From: Cyanophyceae cyanobacterium
GTDB lineage: Bacteria > Cyanobacteriota > Cyanobacteriia > Cyanobacteriales > Laspinemataceae
NCBI GenBank assembly: GCA_038321985.1
Contig: JBBQFN010000001.1
Location: forward strand, 416,001-480,000
Reading direction: 5' to 3'
Length of the DNA: 64,000 nt
Positions within the stretch are counted from its first letter, which is position 1. Every line of letters starts with the position of its first letter. The notes under the pieces are model-generated. The model was not told the DNA's origin and searched no databases. It saw only the letters and a list, made by a program, of their open reading frames with translations. The position numbers and the translations under genes are program-made. Positions 41,000-51,624 of the stretch are shown here, one piece after another.

Positions 41000-43840
41000 C
41001 TAGCAAGAAGAGGGTAATTGAGTGACGTTTACCTCCTCTACAACTGGGGTAGAAGAGGGTTGGAATTGAGTTGTAGGAATTTCAATCCAAAATTCAGTAC
41101 CCTGACCGGGTTTAGAGAGACAATTAAAAGTCCCCCCATGTTTATCCACCACAATTTGTTTACTGATTGAAAGACCCATACCTGTTCCCTTGCCAATATC
41201 TTTGGTTGTAAAAAAGGGTTCAAAAATGCGCGATCGCAGGTGTTCCGGAATGCCTGGACCGTTATCAAAAATACAGATAGCTGCATTTTTCCCATCGCGA
41301 TCGCCAGTCACAGAGGTACGAATTGTAATCCGACTCGGGTCCTGATTTCGTTCTTGGGGCGATCGCTCTTTATCCCGTTCTTCTAAGGCATCAATGGCAT
41401 TGCTTAACAAATTCATAAACACCTGGTTAAGCTGTCCAGCAAAGCATTCAACGGGGGGCAATTCCCCATATTCTTTAATAATTTCGATACCCGCGCGATC
41501 GCCTTTGGCCTTGAAGCGGTGGTGTAAAATCATTAAGGTACTATCAATCCCATCATGAATATCCACCGCCTTCATAGCGGTTTGATCCAGGCGGGAGAAA
41601 TTCCGCAAACTCAAGACAATCGAACGAATCCGGTCGGCTCCTACCTTCATTGACGCCAACATTTTGGGTAAATCTTCAATCAAAAAATCTAGGTCAATCT
41701 CCTCAATAAACTCCTGAATTTCTGACGGAGGTTCGGGGATATGATATTGATAAAGTTTTTGCAGCTCTAACAAATCCTCGGCATATTGAGTGGCATGATT
41801 CAGATTGCCATAAATAAAGTTAACCGGATTGTTAATTTCGTGAGCAATTCCTGCCACTAACTGTCCAAGGCTAGACATTTTTTCCCCTTGAATCAGTTGG
41901 GTTTGAGCATTTTGAAGGTCTTCAATGGCCTGCTCTAACTCCACGGCTTGCGCTTGGGCTTTAGCGGCGGCGGATTGAGTTTTTTGATAGAGTTCTGCTT
42001 GCCCGATCGCGATCGCCGCCTGATCCGCGAGTTGTTGTAGCAGGTCGATTTCTTGCTCTTGCCAGACGCGCGGTTGTTCGCACTCGTGGGCAATTAAAAA
42101 CCCCCACAAATCTGAACCCATCCGAATGGGGACGATTAAATTAGCTTTGACCTGAATGCTGTCTAAAAATTCTTTATGACAGGTACTTAATTCCGCAGTG
42201 GAGACATTATTAATCGCCCGCACCCGTCCTTTTAAATATAAATTAGACACATCCGAGGGAATACAGCCGGGACAGCGAATCCCTTGTACAGATTGCCAGT
42301 TTTCCCGGAGGTCTTCTACCGTGACCTCTCCGGTTCCCCTATCATTAAACTGATAAATCACCACGCGATCAGTATTCAGTAGATTTCGCACTCGTTGGGC
42401 GATGGTTTGTAGAATTGTATTTAAATCTAAAGTGCTGCGGATTTGGTCGGTGATTTGTTTAAGAATGCGGGTAAATTTTAAGGACTGTTGAAGTTCCTCA
42501 GTGCGTTCTTGGACCTGAGCTTCTAAGTTGGCATTGAGGGAATTAACTTCTTTGTAAAGTAAATATTGCTCGATCGCCATTGAAAAATGCTTGCCGAGCG
42601 ATCGCGCCATTTCAATTTCTCCCGGCTTCCAGTCTTGGGCTTGGCCGGTTTTCCGTTCCCGCCACGCCTCAAAGGATTGTCGAGGGAGTAATTGCTTGAG
42701 ACTACTATTAAACCTTCCCGCCCATAAGGTCTCGGTTTCGATTTCATTCCGAAAAATGGTTAAATATCCGAGATTTTGTTGCCGATAAAATAGGGGCATC
42801 ACGATCAGACTTCGGATTCGGGACGGGCGGAAATCCGGAGTAAAACAATTAATGTGAGCGGCTTTATAGATATCAGTGATTGTACAGACGGAACCGGCGT
42901 GATCTTCGTCGAGATCGGGACTGAAATTATCTGTCTTAATCCAGTCTTTCCACTGGGGATGTTCTTCCAGGATGTCTGAAAATTCAGACTTCACAGGCAG
43001 CGGTTGTTCCCCAGAGGTAAATATTTGACTGCCTGAGTTGTCAAGGTTGCCCATCATGGAATTGTGTTTCGCGCCGATATAGAGCCTGCCCCCACATCCG
43101 TTAAGGGCTGTGATGGTGGCTTCTAGCGCTGCCTGCACCTCGATGCTGGGTTGAGCGTGGAGCAAGGTCGCCACCTGATTGATGGTAGCTTCTCTAGCTT
43201 GCTGTTGCTGAGTTGCCTGAAGGAGGGTAGCTTGGGCGATCGCAATAGAAACCTGATTCGCCAATAACTGCACCAACTGCAAATCATCGTCAGAAATCCG
43301 GCGCGTTTCTACATTATGGGAGACAATCAGCCCCCAGAGTTCCTGCTGATGGAGGATCGGGACAACTACGGAGGAGTTAATTCCCATCGCTGTGAGGTAG
43401 GTTAAATGACACTCATCCACGGCCCGATAACGGATGCTGTTTCTAGCCTCGAAAGATTCGCCCGAAGCATATTCCATCGCACTGACCCCAATTTGGCGCT
43501 GGGCAACATCTACGATGGAACAGACCCGGTCTTTAACAAAGCGTTCTCTAGCTCGTTCGGGAATATCATCTGCTGGAAAATTTAGCCCTTTGAGGGACGG
43601 AAGGCGATTTTCATTAATGGATTCGGCAATCACTTTACCACTGCTATCGGGATTGAATTGGTAGACCATTACCCGATCAGTTCCTAATAAGAACCGGATT
43701 TCAGCAGCCGTGGCGGTGAGGATTTCTTCTAAATCGAGAGATTGACGAATTCGGTTGAGCATTCGATGCAACAACACTTCACGATCAAGTCTCTGTTGAA
43801 CGGTTTGTGTGTTATTTGTATTATTATTTGGGAGGTTCAT
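41000..43840 (-). CDS. Knotless (PAS-less) phytochrome GAF-PHY plus CBCR GAF plus histidine kinase (AphC/All2699-like architecture)
   Basis: FPADDIP and VDECHLTY in GAF1; WAG and PRQSF tongue motifs; third GAF with STCHKEFL; IAHEINNP kinase. Confidence 0.9.
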   Translation of the reverse strand: MNLPNNNTNNTQTVQQRLDREVLLHRMLNRIRQSLDLEEILTATAAEIRFLLGTDRVMVYQFNPDSSGKVIAESINENRLPSLKGLNFPADDIPERARERFVKDRVCSIVDVAQRQIGVSAMEYASGESFEARNSIRYRAVDECHLTYLTAMGINSSVVVPILHQQELWGLIVSHNVETRRISDDDLQLVQLLANQVSIAIAQATLLQATQQQQAREATINQVATLLHAQPSIEVQAALEATITALNGCGGRLYIGAKHNSMMGNLDNSGSQIFTSGEQPLPVKSEFSDILEEHPQWKDWIKTDNFSPDLDEDHAGSVCTITDIYKAAHINCFTPDFRPSRIRSLIVMPLFYRQQNLGYLTIFRNEIETETLWAGRFNSSLKQLLPRQSFEAWRERKTGQAQDWKPGEIEMARSLGKHFSMAIEQYLLYKEVNSLNANLEAQVQERTEELQQSLKFTRILKQITDQIRSTLDLNTILQTIAQRVRNLLNTDRVVIYQFNDRGTGEVTVEDLRENWQSVQGIRCPGCIPSDVSNLYLKGRVRAINNVSTAELSTCHKEFLDSIQVKANLIVPIRMGSDLWGFLIAHECEQPRVWQEQEIDLLQQLADQAAIAIGQAELYQKTQSAAAKAQAQAVELEQAIEDLQNAQTQLIQGEKMSSLGQLVAGIAHEINNPVNFIYGNLNHATQYAEDLLELQKLYQYHIPEPPSEIQEFIEEIDLDFLIEDLPKMLASMKVGADRIRSIVLSLRNFSRLDQTAMKAVDIHDGIDSTLMILHHRFKAKGDRAGIEIIKEYGELPPVECFAGQLNQVFMNLLSNAIDALEERDKERSPQERNQDPSRITIRTSVTGDRDGKNAAICIFDNGPGIPEHLRSRIFEPFFTTKDIGKGTGMGLSISKQIVVDKHGGTFNCLSKPGQGTEFWIEIPTTQFQPSSTPVVEEVNVTQLPSSC

Positions 43841-44515
43841 AGAAATTTTGCCGATTCCAATCCAGATGTTTTTACCTCGGGAAGGTACAAACCCTTCCGC
43901 GTTCGCACTAAATCAGATTTTAAGGCTCTCGAAATATCACAGGGTTTAGGGGCACAAATTCTGTTCCTCTACACCCGCTCAAATTATTCCGTTGCCATTG
44001 GAGTGGCACCCGTAGATGAGGAGCTGTATCGGCTAGAACTCCCCTGTATGAGTGTCTAGCCAAGATGCCAAGGTCTAGTTTGATTGCACCCGGTTGCGGG
44101 TACGAGCGCCAGGGCCCTCATCTTGATGCCTTTGTCAACATGATATCAATAAAATCTTAACATATTCCAACGTCATAGAGTTGACACGACTTATAACCAC
44201 GATATCCCGTTCCCGCACCTGACAAAACTCTAATTTCAGAGTATGTTCCTCAACCCGAGCTCCTTAGAAGTGGGCATTGACAAAACTGTAGTTTACGAGT
44301 ATAGTAGCAACTCCAGCAGGTTAGGGGTGGCGAGTGCCTCAACCGGAAAAGATATCAGAAGAGGGAATTGAATCTGTAGAAGATTGCGGATATCCCCAAC
44401 CCGGATTTTAATCCCCGGGGCGATCGCTCTGTCTAGAATTTTTATATGTTGTGTATAGATTCCACGCGCCCTAGAGAAAACCACCCCAGAGAACTACAAA
44501 CGGAATTCAACAGAA

Positions 44516-44989
44516 TTAATCCGGCTCCTTATCTTTATCCTGAATACGTCCTCGAATTTCCTCCCGCACACTCATTAACATCTGACCCAGATGATTTTGA
44601 CCCGTGCGATCGGCACCACAGCCCCAGAAATAGTCCGTTGGGGAATCTTCTACAATGGGAAGATCCTCCGTAGCCAGCAGAATACCCTGGATATCTCGAT
44701 GGCTTACAAACTTGGCTAACACCGCTTCTCGCATAATTCCCAGTTTCACCCAATCCCAGTTTGAGCGTACAGTACGAGAGGGGTCGCGTCCTAATTTAGC
44801 GGCTTCCTCGGGAGTGGCTGCGGTCCGGATTTCAGTAATAATTGACTCATCCTCTACACCAATAAATTTATGAGCTTGATAATAATGCTCAACTGTGGGC
44901 CAATGCAGCCCCTTCCGACGAATTCCGTGGGGGGAAAAATTGGAAAAACAGCCGTAGGGTTCGTCAACTTTGTAAAAGTAAATTGTCAT
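44516..44989 (-). CDS. NADAR (YbiA-like) family protein
   Basis: YGCFSNF, WPTVEHYYQAHKF, DYFWG and GQNHLG..LM motifs. Confidence 0.92.
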   Translation of the reverse strand: MTIYFYKVDEPYGCFSNFSPHGIRRKGLHWPTVEHYYQAHKFIGVEDESIITEIRTAATPEEAAKLGRDPSRTVRSNWDWVKLGIMREAVLAKFVSHRDIQGILLATEDLPIVEDSPTDYFWGCGADRTGQNHLGQMLMSVREEIRGRIQDKDKEPD

Positions 44990-45068
44990 TTCTATATTTT
45001 AGTTTATTTAACGATAAACATCTTAGGCTAAATATATCTGGGTTTAAATTAATTGCCCCCTTGTTTCA

Positions 45069-45114
45069 GTAGTGGGAGCATCTTGCCCCGGGATCCCAGT
45101 CGGAAGATGCTTCC
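45069..45114. repeat. REP-like repeat (GTAGTGGGAGCATCTTGC family), decayed
   Basis: GTAGTGGGAGCATCTTGCCCC...GGAAGATGCTTCC; related to 4613-4656. Confidence 0.5.
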
Positions 45115-45189
45115 TGTGCTTAATTTTATTCTTGATCTATAAAAAACTAGCTTTAGGGTGTGGTAGAAAATGAGATAAAGAGGATAAAA

Positions 45190-45251
45190 AACCGGGTTTC
45201 TGGCCCTAATTTGCGGCGAAGAAGCCATAAATTTGGTTAAGAAACCCGGTT
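45190..45251. repeat. AACCGGGTTTCT inverted repeat pair
   Basis: Perfect 12-bp inverted repeat at 45190-45201 and 45240-45251; similar motifs near 1565 and 15344. Confidence 0.6.
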
Positions 45252-45299
45252 ATTTTCTCGGTAGAGCACTCACACTTTAGGTGCTAGACCTAAACCCGA

Positions 45300-46421
45300 T
45301 TAACCTCCGAAACCCGGGATTAGGTTTTTCTTGAGACGATCCATTGCCTTGTTCGCAACATCGGCGTAACTGGTTTCTCCACACAACACTTCCACCATGC
45401 GTTGAGTAGCGCTAGGACGCTTAATTCCAACTTTGTAAGCAATTTTGGGAATTTTGTAGAACAAACCGGAGACGCGGGAAGCCCAAACCATTTGACCCCC
45501 CCATTCCTCATTCATGACCTGAGTGTACTTTTCTAGGGCATTGCTGGTGCCTCCAAGGGCGGCATCAATGGATTCTGCTGCTTTGACTCCGCTAAACATA
45601 GAGGGACGAATTCCCTCAGCGGTTAAGGGATCAACTACACAGGCGGCTTCCCCGGCGAGGATGGCATTCTGGGTGTGGAGTTTTTGCTCTTTTTCCCACA
45701 AACACAGAAAATCCTGATGCACTTGGGTGGAGAGGGGGAATCCATTGGCTTGGGCGTATTCGGTGAGGATTTGATCCAATTTTTCTTTGGTGTTTCCTTG
45801 CAGATTGGCGATGCTGAGGCTGCAACCCTCTGCTTTGGGGAAGTTCCAGATATAGCCTTTTTTGAGGCGGCCAAAATCAAACTCGATGAGGTTATTGGGG
45901 TTAGGGGAGGTAATTTCTAGAGAGGCAGCCGGTTGGCGATCGCGCTCTTTAAAGCCCAACATTTTTGCCATTGGACCTTTTGCACCATCGGCAGCAATCA
46001 GATATTTGGCTTCCAGGGTTTCGGTGGCGGTGGTGACTTGCCAGCGATCGCTATTAAAGGATATTTTGGTAACTGGGCTATTGTCTCGAACTTCTGCCCC
46101 TTGTTTTTTAGCTTGATCAATCAGGAATTGATCAAAGATATCTCGGCGAACCATCCACATCGGTTCGGGAGTTTCCAGTTGTACCTCTACCGGGTCCTCT
46201 CCCTGCCAGGTGTAGCGCAGGCGATCGACTTTCATGGAAATCGCCGGAGTAAAGTCAAAGTCAAACCATTGGGCGATCGCCGGAGAAACACCGCCTCCAC
46301 AGGGTTTATATCGCGGCAAGGCTTCTTTTTCTAGGACTAAAACCGAACGTCCTCGTTTTGCTAAATGATAGGCGGCACTTCCGCCAGCGGGTCCCGCTCC
46401 TACAATAATACAGTCGAACAT
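45300..46421 (-). CDS. Geranylgeranyl reductase family FAD-dependent oxidoreductase
   Basis: FDCIIVGAGPAG, PRYKPCGGG, AADG, LAGEAA...EGI. ATG at 46421 preferred. Confidence 0.9.
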   Translation of the reverse strand: MFDCIIVGAGPAGGSAAYHLAKRGRSVLVLEKEALPRYKPCGGGVSPAIAQWFDFDFTPAISMKVDRLRYTWQGEDPVEVQLETPEPMWMVRRDIFDQFLIDQAKKQGAEVRDNSPVTKISFNSDRWQVTTATETLEAKYLIAADGAKGPMAKMLGFKERDRQPAASLEITSPNPNNLIEFDFGRLKKGYIWNFPKAEGCSLSIANLQGNTKEKLDQILTEYAQANGFPLSTQVHQDFLCLWEKEQKLHTQNAILAGEAACVVDPLTAEGIRPSMFSGVKAAESIDAALGGTSNALEKYTQVMNEEWGGQMVWASRVSGLFYKIPKIAYKVGIKRPSATQRMVEVLCGETSYADVANKAMDRLKKNLIPGFGG

Positions 46422-46543
46422 AATGATTGAATTTTTACGTCGCAATTGAATTGATTTTATGTCACGCCCTCGGCGCTTGTGCCTCTATCATCAGACAGAG
46501 GACAGAGTAGGCATCTTAAACAAACTGTAACGAATAAATGCTA

Positions 46544-46582
46544 GAAAAACCCAGATAACTTTAAGAATTATCTGGGTTTTTC
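46544..46582. terminator. Terminator-like inverted repeat downstream of frr
   Basis: GAAAAACCCAGATAA ... TTATCTGGGTTTTTC. Confidence 0.7.
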
Positions 46583-46709
46583 GGTTCCTTAGATGAATTG
46601 GATAATTCCGTAACTCCCCCTGGGGTAAGGGGGAGTGGGGGATTCATTGGGTAATGAAAGCCCGAGGTTCCCAACATATTCGATCTAGGTTAGAGAAGCA
46701 TTAGAAAAA

Positions 46710-47258
46710 TTAGACAGTAGTGATGTCTTTTTCTTTTTCTGCAAGCACTTCTTCGATTTTTGCAACGTATTTGTCAGTCATTTTCTGAATGTCATCTTGC
46801 AAAGATCTAGATTCATCTTGGGAGATGTCGCTATTTTTTTCTTGCTTGCGGACCGAATCAATCCCATCTCGACGAGCATTGCGAATGGCAACCTTACCCT
46901 CTTCGGCATATTTTCCGGCGACTTTCACCAATTCCTGACGGCGATCGCTGGTTAGCTGGGGAATGTTCAATCGGATAATTACCCCATCATTGTTGGGAGT
47001 CAATCCCAAATCCGATATTAAAATCGCTTTTTCGATAACAGCCAAACTGCCCCGATCAAACGGTTGAATAGAAATCGTGCTGGCATCGGGGGTATTGATG
47101 CTTGCTAAAGATTTTAACGGAGTGGGCGTTCCGTAATATTCAACCATTACTTTATCTAGCAAAGAGGTATTCGCTCTGCCCGTGCGAATGGTGTTAAAAG
47201 AGCGTTGAGTTGCCTCAACGGCTTTTTTCATCAAATCTTCTACTTCAGCTAACTTCAC
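46710..47258 (-). CDS. frr: Ribosome recycling factor
   Basis: [33 protein letters not shown] start at 47258 gives 182 aa and overlaps the end of pyrH. Confidence 0.97.
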   Translation of the reverse strand: MKLAEVEDLMKKAVEATQRSFNTIRTGRANTSLLDKVMVEYYGTPTPLKSLASINTPDASTISIQPFDRGSLAVIEKAILISDLGLTPNNDGVIIRLNIPQLTSDRRQELVKVAGKYAEEGKVAIRNARRDGIDSVRKQEKNSDISQDESRSLQDDIQKMTDKYVAKIEEVLAEKEKDITTV

Positions 47259-47973
47259 AAGAACCTCCCACAATCGTTCCGACGTTTTCTCCCAGGACCG
47301 CTCGGCGGATGTTACCGGGTACCGAGAGATCAAATACTATGATAGGGATATTATTGTCTTTGCACAGGGCGATCGCGGTGCTATCCATCACTCGTAAGTC
47401 ATGGGCTAAAACGTGCCCATAAGTCAGGCTGTTAAACCGTTTTGCATCCGGGTTCAGATGGGGGTCACTATCATAAATCCCATCCACTTTAGTTGCCTTA
47501 AAGATCACCTCAGCATTGATTTCTGCGGCTCTTAGGGCTGCGGTAGTATCCGTGGTAAAGAAGGGATTTCCCGATCCGGCCCCAAAAATAACCACCCGTT
47601 TTTTTTCTAGGTGGCGAATAGCACGACGACGGATATAGGGTTCCGCAACTTCCTGCATGGCGATCGCGGTTTGTACCCGAGTCGGTATGCCCATGCGTTC
47701 GAGAGAATCCTGCAACGTCATGGCATTCATCACCGTTGCGATCATCCCGATGTAGTCAGCAGTCGCCCGATCCATGCCTGCTGCTGCTCCCTTAACCCCG
47801 CGAAAAATGTTACCGCCACCGACAACGACTGCGACTTCTACGCCATCGGCAATCAAATCGGCCAACTGTTGAGCAATTTGCTCAACCACCATTGGATCGA
47901 TGCCGTAGTTGAGGTCGCCCATCAACGCTTCGCCACTCAGCTTTAGTAAGACTCGCTGGTACACTGTCCCCAT
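47245..47973 (-). CDS. pyrH: UMP kinase
   Basis: [28 protein letters not shown]. Confidence 0.98.
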   Translation of the reverse strand: MGTVYQRVLLKLSGEALMGDLNYGIDPMVVEQIAQQLADLIADGVEVAVVVGGGNIFRGVKGAAAGMDRATADYIGMIATVMNAMTLQDSLERMGIPTRVQTAIAMQEVAEPYIRRRAIRHLEKKRVVIFGAGSGNPFFTTDTTAALRAAEINAEVIFKATKVDGIYDSDPHLNPDAKRFNSLTYGHVLAHDLRVMDSTAIALCKDNNIPIIVFDLSVPGNIRRAVLGENVGTIVGGSCEVS

Positions 47974-48440
47974 CAGCTCACTCTTTTCCCAACTGTATTT
48001 GCCTCCCCCATAAGATAGCAGGATGTCGGCATTTTTCCACCGATTCCATCAGAAATCATCCCCGAGTTATCTGGAAACTCTCTATCTAGCCTTTCATTGG
48101 CTTTATTTTGGCGTTCAGGGTCTGTTGGCCCTTTTGCGGTAGGGAAAGTCTAAGGAGGTGCTTTTTGGTGGCCCTTTGCGGTTAAAGCTGAGGGGCGATC
48201 GCCTGGGAACCATTGCGGGGATAGTTTCTGCGCATTTTCCCCACCCTTTGGGATTCCGGTTAGCTCAAACCTTAAGTTTAGGTACGTTCTAGGCCGGGAG
48301 TAAATTCCCACTCCCCCAATTTGATGCTCACAAGGGAGAGGAAAAATTGTAACATTATGTTAAGCCCCTCCTAGATTTTGGATTCCGACGCCGAGTCTAG
48401 GGGCAGGCCGCCTCTTCCAGATTCCCTATCTCCCCCGGTG

Positions 48441-49376
48441 ATGACTCTTACCCCTTCTAACCCTTCAACCCTCTCCAACAGCACTCTTTTGCCTTTTCAG
48501 ACTTGGACTTGGCGTGGTTTTCCCATCTGCTACCAACACCAAGGAGATCAGGGGCCAGCAGTAGTGCTGGTTCACGGATTTGGAGCCTCCTGCGGCCATT
48601 GGCGGAAAAATATTCCCGACTTAGCGACGCGCTGTCGAGTTTATGCGATCGATTTGATTGGGTTTGGGTACTCTGCTAAACCGACTCCCGGAGAGGCAGT
48701 CACCTACAACTTCGAGACATGGGGAGAACAACTGGCCGATTTTTGCCGCGAAATCGTCGGGGGTCCTGCCTTCTTCGTCGGTAATTCTATCGGCTGTATT
48801 GCCATCATGCAAGCAGCGGTGGATCATCCCGAACTCGCCCGGGGTATTGTCGCGATTAACTGTTCCCTGCGCCTCCTACACGACCGCAAACGGGCCGAAA
48901 AACCCTGGCATCAACGGATGGGGACACCCATAGCGCAAAAAATATTATCTATCAATTGGGTGGCCCAATTCTTTTTTAAACAATTAGCTACGGCCAAGAC
49001 CGTGCGTTCAATTTTACAGCAAGCATACCGGCGATCGGACGCTGTAACCGACGAACTGGTAGAGATCATTCTCGGACCCTCCCGGGATGTCGGGGCGGTT
49101 GATGTCTTTGTTGCCTTTACCAGTTATTCCCACGGACCTTTACCCGAAGATTTGCTACCCATCTTACCTTGTCCGGCACTCCTACTCTGGGGAAGCGAAG
49201 ACCCCTGGGAACCCATCGCCCTCGGCCAAGAATTTGCCAAAATTTCCACCGTAGACGAGTTTATTCCTTTACCGGGATTAGGGCATTGTCCCCAGGATGA
49301 AGCACCGGAGATTGTCAATCCAATCCTGTTGGAGTGGATATTAGGGAAGGAAGGGGAATCCGAAGGTTTGAAGTGA
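48441..49376 (+). CDS. Alpha/beta-fold hydrolase
   Basis: VHGFGAS, GNSIG, GHCPQDE. ATG at 48441 preferred. Confidence 0.9.
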   Translation: MTLTPSNPSTLSNSTLLPFQTWTWRGFPICYQHQGDQGPAVVLVHGFGASCGHWRKNIPDLATRCRVYAIDLIGFGYSAKPTPGEAVTYNFETWGEQLADFCREIVGGPAFFVGNSIGCIAIMQAAVDHPELARGIVAINCSLRLLHDRKRAEKPWHQRMGTPIAQKILSINWVAQFFFKQLATAKTVRSILQQAYRRSDAVTDELVEIILGPSRDVGAVDVFVAFTSYSHGPLPEDLLPILPCPALLLWGSEDPWEPIALGQEFAKISTVDEFIPLPGLGHCPQDEAPEIVNPILLEWILGKEGESEGLK

Positions 49377-49384
49377 TTATTATT

Positions 49385-49500
49385 GTACCCATGCTCGCAC
49401 TCCTCTAAATATATGCACCGCAGGAGTTCGAGAACCGCTATAGACCGATGCTCGCCCTCCTAAAAAAATGCACCTCATAACAGGGGGAACCGCTATAGAC
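49385..49500. repeat. Tandem degenerate ~57-bp direct repeat ending GAACCGCTATAGAC
   Basis: ATGCTCGCACTCCT...ATGCACC...GAACCGCTATAGAC (49391-49445) and ATGCTCGCCCTCCT...ATGCACC...GAACCGCTATAGAC (49448-49500). Confidence 0.75.
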
Positions 49501-49651
49501 TACCTATAACAGGTGTCAATTTTGGAGAAGAACAATTTCCAACCTTGAATTACTCACGAATCTTTGGGAAAAAACACCTTACTTGATTGCTAGTAAAAAT
49601 TAAAAGAAATGGGGGGTATTTTTTCTAACTCCATCCCCTCAATTACTCCTT

Positions 49652-51304
49652 TCAAATAATCTGGAGTTTTGATACCCAATCCGTTGCCCTTTGTAAGGCT
49701 TCTTGGCGATTTTCCATAAGGTGAATGCAGGAAAAGCGCTCAAGTTTGAGTTTGCCTAGGCGTCGCCGGGGCTGTCCGGGAGACACGACTACAAAAACCT
49801 GGCGATCGCGCTGTTGTGAATCGAGCAGCATGGTTTCGATCGCCAAAGCTGCTGTCACCCCCATCGAGGGTACTTCACTCAGATCTAAGACTAAAACCTG
49901 ATAGTTTTTCAGAATCCCAATTCGTCGGGAAATTGTTTTTGCGGCCCCGAAACTCAGCGGTCCTCCCAATTGAAACAGTAGAATATCCCCCTGGGATTGG
50001 GCGAGTAGTTCCTTCTCTTCCTCACTTAAGCCCATTGCTTGAGTCGGGTCACTCACTGCTAGAATGCGATCGCTCTGGACGTCGTTAAGGCGTTTAATCG
50101 TTAGCATATTGGCGATAAATACCCCCACCACCACTGCCGTTATCAAATCTACAAATACAGTTAGTACCAGCACTAGATACATCAACCCAGTGGCCTTTGG
50201 AGAAATCCCCGGTGCGCGACGGATAAAGCTCCAATCAATGATATCCATGCCCACTTTTAGCAACAGTCCCGCGAGTACGGCATGGGGAATCACTGTCGTG
50301 ACAGGCCCTGCCCCCAAGGTAATCACCAGTAAAACCCCCGCATGGATCATGCCTGATAAGGGTGTGCGACCCCCCGCTTGGACGTTTGTCACGGTCCGCA
50401 TGGTGGCTCCAGCCCCGGGCAATCCCCCAAACAGTCCGCAGATGCAGTTACCAATTCCCTGCCCGATCAGTTCTTTATCCGAGTTGTGCTGGGTTTGGGT
50501 AATGTTGTCAGCCACAAGGGAAGTGAGGAGGGAGTCAATCGAACCCAAAATCCCCAACATTAAGCCATAGCGCATCATCAGCCTCAATTCGCTAAGGGTA
50601 AATATGGGCATTTGCAGGTGGGGTAAACCACTGGGAATCACTCCGATGCGAGGGACATCGCCGTTGCTGATCAAGAGTACGGAAACCCCTGTTCCGATTA
50701 CTAATGCCAGCAGGGGTGCCGGTAAAATTCGGTTCAGTCGCGGCGGTGCCAGGGAGACGATCGCCAGGGTTAGCAGTCCCAAACTTAAGGCGGCGAAGTT
50801 GGGTTGAGTTAGGTAACTCGGCAGTGCTTGCAAGGTTCCCCATACGCTACCGCCTCCGGAATAGCCCAGCAAGGGCGGCAGTTGCAGCAAAATCACGATT
50901 ACCCCAATCCCGGACATGAAGCCGGAAATGACGGTGTAGGACATTAGGGTAAGGTACTGCCCTAGTTTCATGAACCCAAATAAGATTTGAAAGAGTCCCC
51001 CAATGATGACTACGGTAAATGCCATCCCTAAACCTTTATCGGGCTGAAGCGCAACCAGGGAAGCGATGACGGTGGTGATAATCACGGTCATTGGACCCGT
51101 GGGACCCGAAACTTGGGCGGGAGTCCCGCCAAATAGGGCGGCAAATAAGCCTAGGAAAATTGCGCCATAAAGTCCAGCAATTGCCCCAGCACCGGAGGCG
51201 ACTCCAAAGGCTAAGGCTAGAGGCAGAGCGACGATCGCAGCAGTAATGCCGCCGAATAGGTCCCCCCGCAGATTTTCAGTCCCAATTTTATTAACTAACT
51301 GCAT
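49652..51304 (-). CDS. SulP family anion transporter, BicA-like bicarbonate transporter with STAS domain
   Basis: GDLFGGITAAIVALPLALAFGVASG, SGPTGP, GSIDSLLTS, GAGATMRT; C-terminal STAS (GPLSFG). Confidence 0.88.
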   Translation of the reverse strand: MQLVNKIGTENLRGDLFGGITAAIVALPLALAFGVASGAGAIAGLYGAIFLGLFAALFGGTPAQVSGPTGPMTVIITTVIASLVALQPDKGLGMAFTVVIIGGLFQILFGFMKLGQYLTLMSYTVISGFMSGIGVIVILLQLPPLLGYSGGGSVWGTLQALPSYLTQPNFAALSLGLLTLAIVSLAPPRLNRILPAPLLALVIGTGVSVLLISNGDVPRIGVIPSGLPHLQMPIFTLSELRLMMRYGLMLGILGSIDSLLTSLVADNITQTQHNSDKELIGQGIGNCICGLFGGLPGAGATMRTVTNVQAGGRTPLSGMIHAGVLLVITLGAGPVTTVIPHAVLAGLLLKVGMDIIDWSFIRRAPGISPKATGLMYLVLVLTVFVDLITAVVVGVFIANMLTIKRLNDVQSDRILAVSDPTQAMGLSEEEKELLAQSQGDILLFQLGGPLSFGAAKTISRRIGILKNYQVLVLDLSEVPSMGVTAALAIETMLLDSQQRDRQVFVVVSPGQPRRRLGKLKLERFSCIHLMENRQEALQRATDWVSKLQII

Positions 51305-51494
51305 CGGTTTGGCAAGGTTTCAAGCGGTATGTTCGATTTACGGTGACAATGTTTCCCGGGAATGCTTGTGTCGTTTATTCTCTTCGATTCTGTCCCTGAG
51401 CGATCGCCCTGGATTGTTGAACTAAAGGGCCTTTTGGTCCCTCGGTTTACTTGATCTGGTTTTTGCACTCTATACTGTACACCATAGGAATCAG

Positions 51495-51538
51495 AGAATT
51501 AGCGATTTGCGATCGTGCGATCGCAAACCGCTAATTCT
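51495..51538. repeat. 44-bp near-perfect palindrome built around HIP1 cores
   Basis: AGAATTAGCG-A-TTTGCGATCG TG CGATCGCAAA-C-CGCTAATTCT. Confidence 0.8.
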
Positions 51539-51624
51539 TTATACCTCCACCCCCGGTTATTTAGATGCCACTAGGCCAATTTCTGATAAACTGGGTCGTT
51601 GTAAATTGGAGTGCAGTTTCAGCG

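Noticed and set aside
46710..47333. 207-aa N-terminally extended frr in the ORF track
   Set aside because: The extension lies within pyrH; the GTG at 47258 gives a normal 182-aa RRF.
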